64,000 bases of DNA from a virus (taxonomy: Duplodnaviria; Heunggongvirae; Uroviricota; Caudoviricetes). Positions within the stretch are counted from its first letter, which is position 1. Each line of letters opens with the position of its first letter. The stretch lies in IMG/VR virus record IMGVR_UViG_3300002026_000032, positions 16,351 through 80,350 of that record, one strand, 5' to 3'. A program made the translations under genes and the position numbers. The notes below the pieces were generated by a model. The model worked only from the letters and a program-made list of their open reading frames with translations. It ran no database searches and had not been told where the DNA came from. Below, piece after piece: positions 18,762-27,918 of this stretch.

Positions 18762-19334
18762 CTATCCGAAATGTGAAGCGAAGAATAATTTTAAGTTCTT
18801 TGAGAACTCTTCGCCATCCCACCCAAACGGATGGGAAGACTTGAATTCTTGGAAGAACTCTTCCCGTAGTTGGGAATATAATTCCCAACTCCCTTTAAAC
18901 ATTGAGCTGTCAACCTTAGCGGTTGACAAATCTATCTCTACGGTGTCATTGCACCGCAGGGAATTCCACGCCCCTTCACCAGTAACATCCATTAATAATA
19001 ACAATCCTTCTTCCATACCCATCACTGTACCATTAATGGCAGACATGGGTCTTATTACCCATGCCTGCCCGTCGATGACGAACCAGCTTGAAGCGTCCCA
19101 TTGATGGTTCCCTACGGAGCCATAGATTGTTTTCTTCTTATTACAGAAGGAGATTCTTGAGTCGGAATTTTCTTCATCCTCACAAAACAAACTCCACTCA
19201 TCATCCTCAGATCCAAACTGATACCGGTCGTTGTTGTAGTCAATGACTGACAACACACCTGTATGATTAACTTCGTTGAATACAATCATTGATGTGGTGA
19301 CTGATACTGTTGCTGTTTTTGCTGTAATTTTCAT
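18762..19334 (-). CDS. hypothetical protein
   Basis: 190-aa ORF; shares a conserved ~60-bp 5' leader and RBS with the gene at 19447-20154. Confidence 0.55.
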   Translation of the reverse strand: MKITAKTATVSVTTSMIVFNEVNHTGVLSVIDYNNDRYQFGSEDDEWSLFCEDEENSDSRISFCNKKKTIYGSVGNHQWDASSWFVIDGQAWVIRPMSAINGTVMGMEEGLLLLMDVTGEGAWNSLRCNDTVEIDLSTAKVDSSMFKGSWELYSQLREEFFQEFKSSHPFGWDGEEFSKNLKLFFASHFG

Positions 19335-19387
19335 GGTGTCCTCCTTTGAAGTGCCATGCCCACCTTAGGCTATGGCGTACACCTTAT

Positions 19388-19422
19388 TAATAAAAATGCC
19401 TGACAACAAGTTGGGCTGTCAT
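19388..19422 (-). terminator. putative rho-independent terminator
   Basis: On the minus RNA a stem (CCAUGACA...UGUCAGG) is followed by a U-rich tract, just after the stop of the upstream gene. Confidence 0.4.
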
Positions 19423-19446
19423 GGCTCCTCGGAAAAGTTGAGGATC

Positions 19447-20154
19447 TTAGTCCTCGAAGTATTCAGTGTCGGTGGTCCAGCATCCGTATACACGGTGCCA
19501 GTAGTAGATATCAGATCCAACATGGATTTCATCTACCGATTCGGGGGATATTTCACCACCCTCGATGTTGATGCTATCCAACCACGAGTCTGTTGACAGT
19601 GTCAGCCCGTAGGCTTTAGTTGCCATTTTAAACCCATCGGATGAATTCCGTGGGTTTATGCATGTCAGTTCCCAATATGGGAATCTGACAATACGAACAA
19701 CTGGGAGCTCTACTGGGTGAGCTTGTTCTGTTGGTTTTACTGGGGTGGTGGCTGCCTCCCACTGTTTGAGAGCCACCTCGATGGCTCTTACATGGCGATT
19801 GAACGCTGTGAGTTTCGAGGTGCCGCAATGATGAGGCACCTCATTTACATCACTACTGTCCTTATTGAATTCGTCGCCTTCTACGACGAAAAAGCCTATT
19901 TGGGTTTCTTTGATTGAAAATCTGGGGTATGTATTTTGGATATTTAGTGGATCGGGTCCGAACCCGATTGTGTTACTCACCGCAGTGAGCAAGAGCATGT
20001 GCTCCCACTCACTGCTTGTGTGGAGTTCCCCCTGCACATACTCCATCACTTCATGCCAATTGGCCCCGTTTGTTTCGATGAACGGTTTCAGGAACAATTT
20101 CATATTTTCGGTAGCAGTAGACACTTCGTTTGAGATAAAAGTAAGAAAATCCAT
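19447..20154 (-). CDS. hypothetical protein (235 aa)
   Basis: Start re-set to the ATG at 20154, which has a GGAGGA RBS and lies inside the conserved leader repeat. Confidence 0.5.
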   Translation of the reverse strand: MDFLTFISNEVSTATENMKLFLKPFIETNGANWHEVMEYVQGELHTSSEWEHMLLLTAVSNTIGFGPDPLNIQNTYPRFSIKETQIGFFVVEGDEFNKDSSDVNEVPHHCGTSKLTAFNRHVRAIEVALKQWEAATTPVKPTEQAHPVELPVVRIVRFPYWELTCINPRNSSDGFKMATKAYGLTLSTDSWLDSINIEGGEISPESVDEIHVGSDIYYWHRVYGCWTTDTEYFED

Positions 20155-20206
20155 GGTGTCCTCCTTTGAAGTGCCATCCCGACATTGGGTATGGCGACAC
20201 CTAATA

Positions 20207-20240
20207 ATAAAAAAAAAGGTGCAGAACTTTCTCCTGCACC
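20207..20240 (-). terminator. rho-independent terminator
   Basis: On the minus RNA the hairpin GGUGCAGGAGAAAGUUCUGCACC is followed by nine U residues. Confidence 0.7.
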
Positions 20241-20410
20241 ATACACGGTATATAACTATTGATGGGCAACAGTGCGGATGGCTCGTGTTAAGAGCCAAAT
20301 CCGCGGTCACCAGACCCTAGTGTTCATATACCGAGTCACACTCGGATTGTTCAATCCGTAGTCGGGGCTCGGGTTAGGGATTGAGGTCCCATGTCCCGAG
20401 CCCCTGAAGG
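20241..20410 (-). ncRNA. candidate structured small RNA lying between two terminators
   Basis: About 170 nt with no ORF and at least five consecutive stable hairpins, bounded by terminator hairpins on both sides. Confidence 0.3.
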
Positions 20411-20449
20411 GGTTGAACGAAAAGCTCCCCGATCTTATCAGGGAGCTTT
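20411..20449 (-). terminator. rho-independent terminator after the 207-aa gene
   Basis: On the minus RNA a stem AAAGCUCCC/GGGAGCUUU is followed by UUUUCGUU. Confidence 0.6.
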
Positions 20450-20459
20450 AAGGTAAAGC

Positions 20460-21083
20460 TTATTTAGCTTTACCGAATAACAGTTCTAATGCTTCGCTTG
20501 TGAGTTCCATTTGGAACTCAAGCTTCGCCGATTGGTTATTTAACTTTTTCATTTCACTTGTCAGTTCGTTGATGCGGGCGATATCGCCAGCATTTTTGAC
20601 GGTCTGTTCGCCGTGAAGTTGTTTGGCGATACCCGATTTAATTTTGTTGACTTCCTTGTTCAGCTCTTTGTTCATCCGCCCACTTTGTAGTGAGTCGATA
20701 ACCAAAGAATGGTTTATCTTCCGATTCAATGCATCATTGGCGTCAACTATATTCTCCAGTACCTTTTTGTGAGCTCCAGTTCTCACGAACGCTTTAAATA
20801 CCTCACGCAGATCCTTTGGGTCAGTTGTTTCCACCAATCCTTTCTCCCCTTTGCGGGGGAGGCGGAGACCGAACTTAATCCCAGATGCGATAAAGCGTTC
20901 CAGTTCCGTTTCAAAGCCCCCTGTAATGAGGTTAGCTTTGGATTGACCTTCGCGGGCAGCCGCTTCCGCCTTGTCAATGGATGCTGTGTTCATCCGTGTC
21001 AACTCATCCGCCCCACCAGCATAGTTGCCAGCGAGCGTTGAAAACTTGTTCTGTGTGCTTTTAATTTTGTTATAAGTAGCCAT
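20460..21083 (-). CDS. hypothetical Ala/Lys-rich protein (207 aa), probably abundant
   Basis: Strong GGAGGGT RBS, terminator immediately downstream, low-complexity composition. Confidence 0.6.
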   Translation of the reverse strand: MATYNKIKSTQNKFSTLAGNYAGGADELTRMNTASIDKAEAAAREGQSKANLITGGFETELERFIASGIKFGLRLPRKGEKGLVETTDPKDLREVFKAFVRTGAHKKVLENIVDANDALNRKINHSLVIDSLQSGRMNKELNKEVNKIKSGIAKQLHGEQTVKNAGDIARINELTSEMKKLNNQSAKLEFQMELTSEALELLFGKAK

Positions 21084-21419
21084 AATACCCTCCTAAGGTA
21101 TTGAGTTTTAAAACATGAGCTATGTCGGGCAAGTTATCAGGTGGGGCGTTACCACCATATAGGACTTGCTTGAATGGTTGGTGCTCATCAAGCATTCATT
21201 AAGTTGAAAGCTTGAACTGGCACCAATGCAAAAAGGGCGAACCACTCACTTGTAGTTCACCCTAATGCAGAGTAGTCGGGCTGTTCGTTATAAACAGCTC
21301 GACCGTGTTTCAGTTCCTTGGAATAGGAGTTCCGTTTCCGAGTTAGCTATTCATTGTTACGATCTCACGACCTGTGAATAGCCCTAAGGGTTTGAACCAA
21401 CTTAGAACGGGATACTTCG

Positions 21420-21960
21420 AATATACAAGTTGTATTGGCTTGTATTTTCTTTTTTCTGTAAGGTTTTAAACTTCTTACATAAATACTATGTGAAAAAATA
21501 TTACCTATTTCAAATCTATTTTTGATAATGATTTATGTGGGGTCTTAGTCGGGCTCTCACAAGGGTGTTCTTTTACATTCGGGCTGATGCAATTATATTC
21601 TTTCATGTTCTTTTACATTCAGGCTCTCACAAGGGTGTTCTTTTACATTCGGGCTGATGCAATTATATTCTTTCATGTTCTTTTACATTCGGGCTGATGC
21701 AATTATATTAAACACTGTATACAATATCGCACGCGCCCATTTACCCATCTTTTCATATCATGTACATTTCTTGCCTATACTGTGTACATTTCTTGTACAG
21801 TGTCTTGTACAGTGGATTCTATTGATATTTCTTCTATGACTCACTCGATTACATCTACTACATACCCATACCACATTCTTCATTTAGTTTACATAATATT
21901 TTAATATCAGTCATGATCTATCAATTAATTACAAATAATTATTTACTCTCACATATGTTT
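21420..21960. promoter_or_regulatory. strand-switch intergenic region with an AT-rich tract and iteron-like tandem repeats
   Basis: Two ~70-bp tandem units lie at 21552-21690; GTTCTTTTACATTC recurs four times; TGTACATTTCTTG occurs twice; there is no ORF; it sits between divergent gene blocks. Confidence 0.6.
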
Positions 21961-21971
21961 GGAGTTATATT

Positions 21972-22214
21972 GTGTTCATAAACTTTTATTGGAGGTTGGT
22001 TATGTTGAGGAAAATGATTGTTGAAGTCCGTCGGGTTTGGGATGAGACTTATGTTATCAGTGCTGAAGATGGCTATGATATGCCTAATGGGACTGCTGAT
22101 ACAATTCAGTTTGTGGAGGACATGAAGCAGAAGATCTTGTCTGGTGAAGTTGGTGTTGATCACCGGCGAATGTCATGTACCATTAAGAGTGTGGAGTACA
22201 TTGATGAAAACTAA
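21972..22214 (+). CDS. hypothetical protein
   Basis: 80 aa; first gene of the plus-strand block. Confidence 0.45.
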   Translation: MFINFYWRLVMLRKMIVEVRRVWDETYVISAEDGYDMPNGTADTIQFVEDMKQKILSGEVGVDHRRMSCTIKSVEYIDEN

Positions 22215-22431
22215 ACTGATAATCTTGTTGTTGGTTTGTGTGCTGCATGCTCAGGTTGTAACCCCTAAAGACCAAGTGGTGTTTCTCAATGGGAAGATCT
22301 CAGAGATCTCTCATCAGTTGCAGGAGTATCAGAGAAAATACAGAGAGATTGAGATTGGGTCATTGTCTTATATGGGCTCTAGCAATTCCTATGCGACATT
22401 GATCATTGTCATCAAGTGGCAATCGAAATAG
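22204..22431 (+). CDS. small secreted protein with a QVVFLNGKISEIS motif (75 aa)
   Basis: Start re-set to the ATG at 22204; signal peptide; a truncated paralog lies at 35000-35116. Confidence 0.5.
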   Translation: MKTKLIILLLVCVLHAQVVTPKDQVVFLNGKISEISHQLQEYQRKYREIEIGSLSYMGSSNSYATLIIVIKWQSK

Positions 22432-22450
22432 AAAACATGGAGGAGAAAAG

Positions 22451-23071
22451 ATGAGAAGAACAGTGATAGTTGAGAGCTTTAACTATTTGGATCCGGTTTG
22501 GTGGAGTGATGCAAATGGTGATGAGGTTGGTTTGTTTTGTGGGATTGCTGACACTGATGATGCTCCATACCTTGTCTATCATCATGGTGGTCATATGATA
22601 TGTCAAGTAGCATCCATTCACCCATTAACGGTTCCTGATGGATATCGAGTTGGTGAACTGGTATGTCCCATCTCAAACACCGGGGGGTTGATTGATGAGC
22701 CCGTTCCATTGATTGGGGTGCTGAATGGTAAGTATATCACGGTGACCGGTTCATATGTGAAAGATGAGTATGTCAATGGCCAAAGATACATGATGAACAT
22801 CTGGACATTCGTTGAACGACAATCAAAACCTGCTGCGCTGTCTACCAAAGAGATTGGTTCAATGATCAATCGTTGGTGGAATGATCGAGTTCGATCTGGG
22901 TTGAATCCTGCATTCAAGACTTGTGATGGTTTGGATTTGGTTGGGTTTGCTGTCCCAGTGACATCGCATGATTATAACACCATGTGTTGGTGTGGATCAT
23001 ATACTGCTCGTGATGGTGATGCTTGGTTCACGACTGAAGAGCTGATCTCACAAATAAGAGCTATGCAATGA
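22451..23071 (+). CDS. hypothetical protein (206 aa)
   Basis: Start re-set to the ATG at 22451, which has a GGAGGAG RBS. Confidence 0.55.
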   Translation: MRRTVIVESFNYLDPVWWSDANGDEVGLFCGIADTDDAPYLVYHHGGHMICQVASIHPLTVPDGYRVGELVCPISNTGGLIDEPVPLIGVLNGKYITVTGSYVKDEYVNGQRYMMNIWTFVERQSKPAALSTKEIGSMINRWWNDRVRSGLNPAFKTCDGLDLVGFAVPVTSHDYNTMCWCGSYTARDGDAWFTTEELISQIRAMQ

Positions 23072-23313
23072 CAATCTTCGGTTGGTACATGTGGGATGCT
23101 GACGAGGAGGATGGATATTCAAAAGGGTTCTTTGTTGGTGGATCGAAGAATCCAGTCAAATCAAGGGAAGAACAGAAAGCTTATGGAGGGGATCACCTAG
23201 GTCACATCTGGGAATCGCACCCCCTGTTTGTAAGAACGGAGATATGTCATGAGAATAAAGGAAGAATCAATCAGTATACATACCACGATCTCTATACCGG
23301 TAACGATTACTAA
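23068..23313 (+). CDS. hypothetical protein
   Basis: 81-aa ORF. Confidence 0.45.
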   Translation: MTIFGWYMWDADEEDGYSKGFFVGGSKNPVKSREEQKAYGGDHLGHIWESHPLFVRTEICHENKGRINQYTYHDLYTGNDY

Positions 23314-23638
23314 ACGGTCAGGGCAGTCGTTGTCTAGCTTTGGAGAGAAGTTCTGGATCGACGAAGAAGAAGCTAAAGAAAAGAATCTGCCTATATGTAA
23401 TGGATTCAGACTAGGATCTGAGTTAACTTATAAGATTTACTTCCATGGAATTAATAACATATCCGCTGACATGAATCTTGATGAGGCGTTCAACTCGGGA
23501 GTTCAAGCTGTCTTTGAACAGTTGTGGTCTAACCCGGAAGTTGCTGACATGATCAAGAGACGGGCTGAGCTTGAGGAAGAGTCTAAGGATAAGGCTAGAT
23601 TGATTTCTGAGATCAAGAAGTTTAGGGGTGAGTCATGA
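23249..23638 (+). CDS. hypothetical protein (start uncertain)
   Basis: 129-aa ORF that overlaps the preceding ORF by 65 nt; the true start may be further downstream. Confidence 0.4.
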   Translation: MRIKEESISIHTTISIPVTITKRSGQSLSSFGEKFWIDEEEAKEKNLPICNGFRLGSELTYKIYFHGINNISADMNLDEAFNSGVQAVFEQLWSNPEVADMIKRRAELEEESKDKARLISEIKKFRGES

Positions 23639-24231
23639 GTGCAACTGATTATTCAAACATGTCTGTTGAAGATCTCAGGGCTGTCCTTGAAGAGCTGAAG
23701 TCAAGCCTTGAGTCTAAGCCCTCAGAGCCCTCTTTGGTTGAACCAATCATTGTTGACGAACGAGCAGAGCTAATCCCCGTGACTGTGGGTGTCTATGCTG
23801 ACAAGTACTCTTGGAGTCAATCAACCCAAGAGAATGATGTTGAGGAACTGATCTCACGGTTCCTGTCGGTCTTCAAAGGTGATATCACCTTCAAGAGAAA
23901 TATCAGTCCATTCCAAGCAAAGCATGAGCGCATGGACATTTACTTGACAGACTTTGGTGGTGTGGCCGACAATAACGATAGTGAGTTCTTGTCCCACTCC
24001 AGAGCAATTCAGAACCTCTTGGATGATAGAGAGAGTCTGATCGTGTTGTTTGCCACCAACTATGGCCATGAGAAGTATGAGCTCATGATAAGGAATGAGC
24101 TAACCTCTCAGGTGTACAAGAAGAGAAATAATCTAGAGGTTATGGATTTTGGATCTAGTGTTGCTCGGGACCTTGAGAGGCCTTGGGCTAAACTGGTGCG
24201 AATAAATTTTGAACAAAGAGGTCAAGAATGA
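23635..24231 (+). CDS. hypothetical protein
   Basis: 198-aa ORF. Confidence 0.55.
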   Translation: MSATDYSNMSVEDLRAVLEELKSSLESKPSEPSLVEPIIVDERAELIPVTVGVYADKYSWSQSTQENDVEELISRFLSVFKGDITFKRNISPFQAKHERMDIYLTDFGGVADNNDSEFLSHSRAIQNLLDDRESLIVLFATNYGHEKYELMIRNELTSQVYKKRNNLEVMDFGSSVARDLERPWAKLVRINFEQRGQE

Positions 24232-24452
24232 AATGGTTAATTGGGTTGGCTCTGTTGCTGAGCTCTTGTGTAGTTGAGACGGAGTTGAAAGATGGTGTGG
24301 TTCATTCAATTCTTGGATATGAAGACAGCCGTGATAGTTGTTGGTACTTAGTGACGATGTCAAGCAATGAGCTAACAGTTATGGTCACGGGTAAGCACCT
24401 TGGGGTGAAGGGTCGCTATGTCATTGGTGATACAATAAAGGTGGGGAAATGA
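24228..24452 (+). CDS. putative small lipoprotein
   Basis: Signal peptide plus lipobox LSSC. Confidence 0.5.
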   Translation: MKWLIGLALLLSSCVVETELKDGVVHSILGYEDSRDSCWYLVTMSSNELTVMVTGKHLGVKGRYVIGDTIKVGK

Positions 24453-25147
24453 ATGTTATATTGAGATCGTTGAGAGCTTTACATGGTTGGACCATCACAG
24501 ATATGCGGCAAATGTGTAATGATCATGGGTTCAAACTGAATAGTGCAGCAGTGTCATTTATCGAATTTGATGAAGATATCTGTCGCAAGATTGTCGAATC
24601 ACCAAACACCGCGAAGGCTAAGTATGTTCATATGATGTGCGATCTATGTGGCATAACCTTTGATGAGTTGGTTGCTGCTAATGGGCATGGGAAAGGCTTG
24701 ATGGTTGATGGATTGAGTTACTTGGTTGGTCAAGTAAAGCATCCATCGATTATGAATATCGATACTCAGTTATTGACTGACGGTCGAGTGGTTTATTGTG
24801 CTAATATTGGTGAGTCTAATGCACTTCGGTTGTGGGCTCATTCATATGGCAAGACTTGGGTTGATGGTGAGTCATTCACTAAATCTCATGATGATGAACA
24901 GTTTGGACAATTCATTAATGTGTCAGCTGGTACATATGGGTTTAGTTCCGGTAATGTTATTGTAAAGTTCGCTGATGTTGTTAGTGAGCCAGTGAATGTT
25001 TATCCTAAGAAGATGATGGTGAGTCATCGATCAGATAAGCCTGGCCATATCAAATCTGTCGTATCAAACTTCAATCGTCAATACCAGACTGTGTCTCTGA
25101 CTGGTGGTGTTGAGAATTGGGAATATGCAATCGAGGTTGATAAATGA
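24449..25147 (+). CDS. hypothetical protein
   Basis: 232-aa ORF. Confidence 0.55.
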   Translation: MNVILRSLRALHGWTITDMRQMCNDHGFKLNSAAVSFIEFDEDICRKIVESPNTAKAKYVHMMCDLCGITFDELVAANGHGKGLMVDGLSYLVGQVKHPSIMNIDTQLLTDGRVVYCANIGESNALRLWAHSYGKTWVDGESFTKSHDDEQFGQFINVSAGTYGFSSGNVIVKFADVVSEPVNVYPKKMMVSHRSDKPGHIKSVVSNFNRQYQTVSLTGGVENWEYAIEVDK

Positions 25148-25240
25148 AATTTTCAGATGAAGTATTTAGTTGGCCCGAATGACCGACCGTTTGATGTTAG
25201 AGAGATTGTTAATGATCCAACCTTTAAATTGGAGATGAAA

Positions 25241-25384
25241 TGAAGAAGAAGTTGTTGTCAATGGGTGATCGTCTGATGATTCAATCGAATCGATATCAGA
25301 ATCGATTGAACCGAAAAAAGATGAAAGAGTTGAAAATGAGCATGATGCTCGGTTGGTTTTGGATCTTTGTCGGATTCGTCTGAG
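25241..25384 (+). CDS. small hypothetical protein (47 aa, basic N-terminus, hydrophobic C-terminus)
   Basis: Not in the ORF track; a GGAG-like RBS is present. Confidence 0.25.
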
Positions 25385-25489
25385 TCATCCCGGTAAAGAT
25401 CTAGTAATGGTGTTGGAATATGGTGAGCATGAGTGTAGTTGGATCACTGATGTAATGTTTAATGGTGTTGATCATGTGAGGATCGTTTC

Positions 25490-25717
25490 ATGAATAAAAT
25501 GATTATTGGTGTGGGGTTGTTGCTGGTGTTGGCTGGATGTGCGTGGGGTCCTGTACCGATGTCGGTGAATGGAATGATCGTGACTCGACCAGATAGCACG
25601 AAGATGAAGATTGTGTGGTGTGATGGTGAAGGTAATACTTATAAGTTCTATGAGCCGGTACTGGTTATTGGTCAGAAAGGTGACACTGCAACAGAGTGGA
25701 GGCTAATTCGTGAGTAG
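25490..25717 (+). CDS. putative small lipoprotein
   Basis: Signal peptide plus lipobox LAGC. Confidence 0.5.
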   Translation: MNKMIIGVGLLLVLAGCAWGPVPMSVNGMIVTRPDSTKMKIVWCDGEGNTYKFYEPVLVIGQKGDTATEWRLIRE

Positions 25718-26216
25718 AGATGTAACATGCCCCTATTGTGGGGTTGAGTTTGATATCTGTAATGATGGAGGATTTGGGGTCGATGAAGGAGTTCTTCATC
25801 ATCAAGAGTGTCCGGAATGTGACAAGGTGTTTACATTCACAACCACAATCATTTTGTCATATCAATCCTACCCAGCTCCATGTTTGAACGACGAGTCTGA
25901 TCATGAATGGAAGATTCAAGATTGCTATCCCTCCTGGATGGCAAAGGAAGAGTGTTCACATTGTGGTGAGACTCGGAAACCATCAGATGAAGTTCTTGAA
26001 GCTAGGTATCCGGGATCAATGATAGACCGCCTTCGTTATGGGATGGAGAACTTTGGTTACAGTACCTCATCTGTTGGTACCAAGTGTGGTACTTGTATAA
26101 GATGGGCTCCACCGGAGTATGGCAATGATATCAATAAGCCACTCAAATGTAATATTAACCCAGAGTATGACTCGTGTAGTTCATATGTACCTATTGGAGG
26201 AAATAATGGGAGATGA
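25710..26216 (+). CDS. hypothetical Cys-rich (multi Zn-ribbon) protein
   Basis: 168 aa with several C-x2-C pairs. Confidence 0.55.
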   Translation: MSRDVTCPYCGVEFDICNDGGFGVDEGVLHHQECPECDKVFTFTTTIILSYQSYPAPCLNDESDHEWKIQDCYPSWMAKEECSHCGETRKPSDEVLEARYPGSMIDRLRYGMENFGYSTSSVGTKCGTCIRWAPPEYGNDINKPLKCNINPEYDSCSSYVPIGGNNGR

Positions 26217-26219
26217 TGC

Positions 26220-26390
26220 ATGGAAAATGAAATACAAACACAGATAGATAAACTCCGTGCTGTTGCTGGTATGTTGAATGAATTCCTGTGGTATGAATCG
26301 GTGTCCGAGGAAACCAAGTTACTGATCATATCACAGTTAAAGTCGGTTGATGTTCCGGTTGATGAAGGGTGGAAAGATGATATTGATTAG
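26220..26390 (+). CDS. small hypothetical protein (56 aa)
   Basis: Not in the ORF track. Confidence 0.25.
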   Translation: MENEIQTQIDKLRAVAGMLNEFLWYESVSEETKLLIISQLKSVDVPVDEGWKDDID

Positions 26391-26556
26391 TTTGATATTG
26401 ACATGTCTAATTACAGTTTATATAATTCAGTTGATTATTGTAGTTATATATTTTATTGACGATGATTACTCCAGCCGGAAGAAACTTCTTATGGATTTGA
26501 TACCATTGAACTTCTTTATTGATGCCTTTAAAACTAAATGGAGAAAATTGAAATGA
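26377..26556 (+). CDS. small membrane protein (59 aa)
   Basis: Start re-set to the ATG at 26377; one TM helix. Confidence 0.4.
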   Translation: MILISLILTCLITVYIIQLIIVVIYFIDDDYSSRKKLLMDLIPLNFFIDAFKTKWRKLK

Positions 26557-27059
26557 AATTTTATGCTAAGTGTATGTCATCCAATATTCCAAATAATAAT
26601 GGTCATGTGTTTGATCCAGTATCAACCAAGGCTGCGATTGATGCGTTCAACGCTCATGATGTTGTATCGGTCGGTGGATTCAGTATACCCGGTATTGATC
26701 CTAATCTGCGTTACAGCAGCTTCAAGGTTATCGATCTTAAATGGAGGGAAACTCATGCTGAGATCGTCATCGAACCATTACAAACCGATGGTGGTAAAAC
26801 ATTAGATTGTTTGGTGACTCAAGGTTTAGCGGGCATCAATATGGCTATTCGTGGATTCATCGTTGATGATATTGTTTATGTTAACTCAATTGATAGTTCA
26901 TATACCAGCGATCTCCAAACTGTTGGTGAGTTCAACAAACTGCTGATATGTCACTGCAATACATGTGGCCACAACCAGCATGACATCTGTGATCAAATCG
27001 AAGGGTATGAAGTTAATACATGCGGTGATGGTTATGTCGATTGGATTCCAGAAAAATAA
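26538..27059 (+). CDS. hypothetical protein with a Cys/His cluster
   Basis: 173-aa ORF. Confidence 0.55.
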   Translation: MEKIEMKFYAKCMSSNIPNNNGHVFDPVSTKAAIDAFNAHDVVSVGGFSIPGIDPNLRYSSFKVIDLKWRETHAEIVIEPLQTDGGKTLDCLVTQGLAGINMAIRGFIVDDIVYVNSIDSSYTSDLQTVGEFNKLLICHCNTCGHNQHDICDQIEGYEVNTCGDGYVDWIPEK

Positions 27060-27121
27060 TTGACTCTCACATATTCCTGAATGTATATTGGATCATCTAA
27101 CCGGTGATCCATTTTATTTTA
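27060..27121 (+). promoter_or_regulatory. PeSL-like element, copy 1: sigma70-like promoter plus stem-loop
   Basis: TTGACT, 18 nt, TATATT, then the inverted repeat GGATCATCTAACCGGTGATCC and a T-rich tract; repeated at 29407-29467. Confidence 0.55.
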
Positions 27122-27132
27122 AGGAGGTTGGT

Positions 27133-27246
27133 GTGTGGTTAATTTTACTGATAGCTCTCTGGTTTGTATGTGTCATTCTGGTTGTCTTGATGTGTTTCGT
27201 GGTGATGGGAATTATTGATGATATTATTCATGGGGAGTTTTAAATG
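27133..27246 (+). CDS. small hydrophobic peptide (37 aa, GTG start)
   Basis: Strong TAAGGAGG RBS 6 nt upstream of a GTG; a single TM helix. Confidence 0.3.
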
Positions 27247-27918
27247 AAACAGTTTTCTATGGATCTACTGGATCCATCCAAATGTCTGGGAGTTCGAATC
27301 ACAACAATGGAGCAATACACCGAATTGACTCGGTGGGTGAATAAGGTTGGTGGGACCTCAATAGAATGGGATTCATTCAATAGTGGATTCATACCATGTG
27401 TTGCATGCCCATCCAAAGGGACTGTGAGCTTCCCCGATTTCCTTTCTAGGGGAATGAGTTTCGAAGAGGCTCAAGTTGCACAACTCACCTACCCACGCAC
27501 CATGCTTGTTCGTGATGCTTATAATTCAACGCAGCCCATGAAACCCGCAACTGTGTTCTATAATGACCATGGGGTTGTGCTTTACACTTATCGGGAAATT
27601 GATAAGCTTGGTCCTCGTTATGGACATTGGGTTGTATCTCAAGGGTCGTACGCCGAGGAGCTTCATGATGAATTCCCTATGGATATCGGGGATATCACCA
27701 AACTTGTTCACAATCATCTATCATGGTTTTGTGATAAATCTACACAGGATAATCCAGATTCATGGTTCAGTAATCCTATTTTATGTAACAATAAAATGTA
27801 TGATGGCCGTGATTGGTATTGCTTTGATGAGTTGGTATACCTTCATGAAGCAGAATATTTCGATCTTCGAGGAACACCAAAGTGTATCGGGAAACCGTTA
27901 ACAAAGGTTGTTGACTAA
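27244..27918 (+). CDS. hypothetical protein
   Basis: 224-aa ORF. Confidence 0.55.
   Translation: MKQFSMDLLDPSKCLGVRITTMEQYTELTRWVNKVGGTSIEWDSFNSGFIPCVACPSKGTVSFPDFLSRGMSFEEAQVAQLTYPRTMLVRDAYNSTQPMKPATVFYNDHGVVLYTYREIDKLGPRYGHWVVSQGSYAEELHDEFPMDIGDITKLVHNHLSWFCDKSTQDNPDSWFSNPILCNNKMYDGRDWYCFDELVYLHEAEYFDLRGTPKCIGKPLTKVVD

Noticed and set aside
21552-21710. CRISPR array
   Set aside because: The tandem units are about 70 bp with internal sub-repeats and no unique spacers of regular length. This is an iteron-like or regulatory repeat, not CRISPR.
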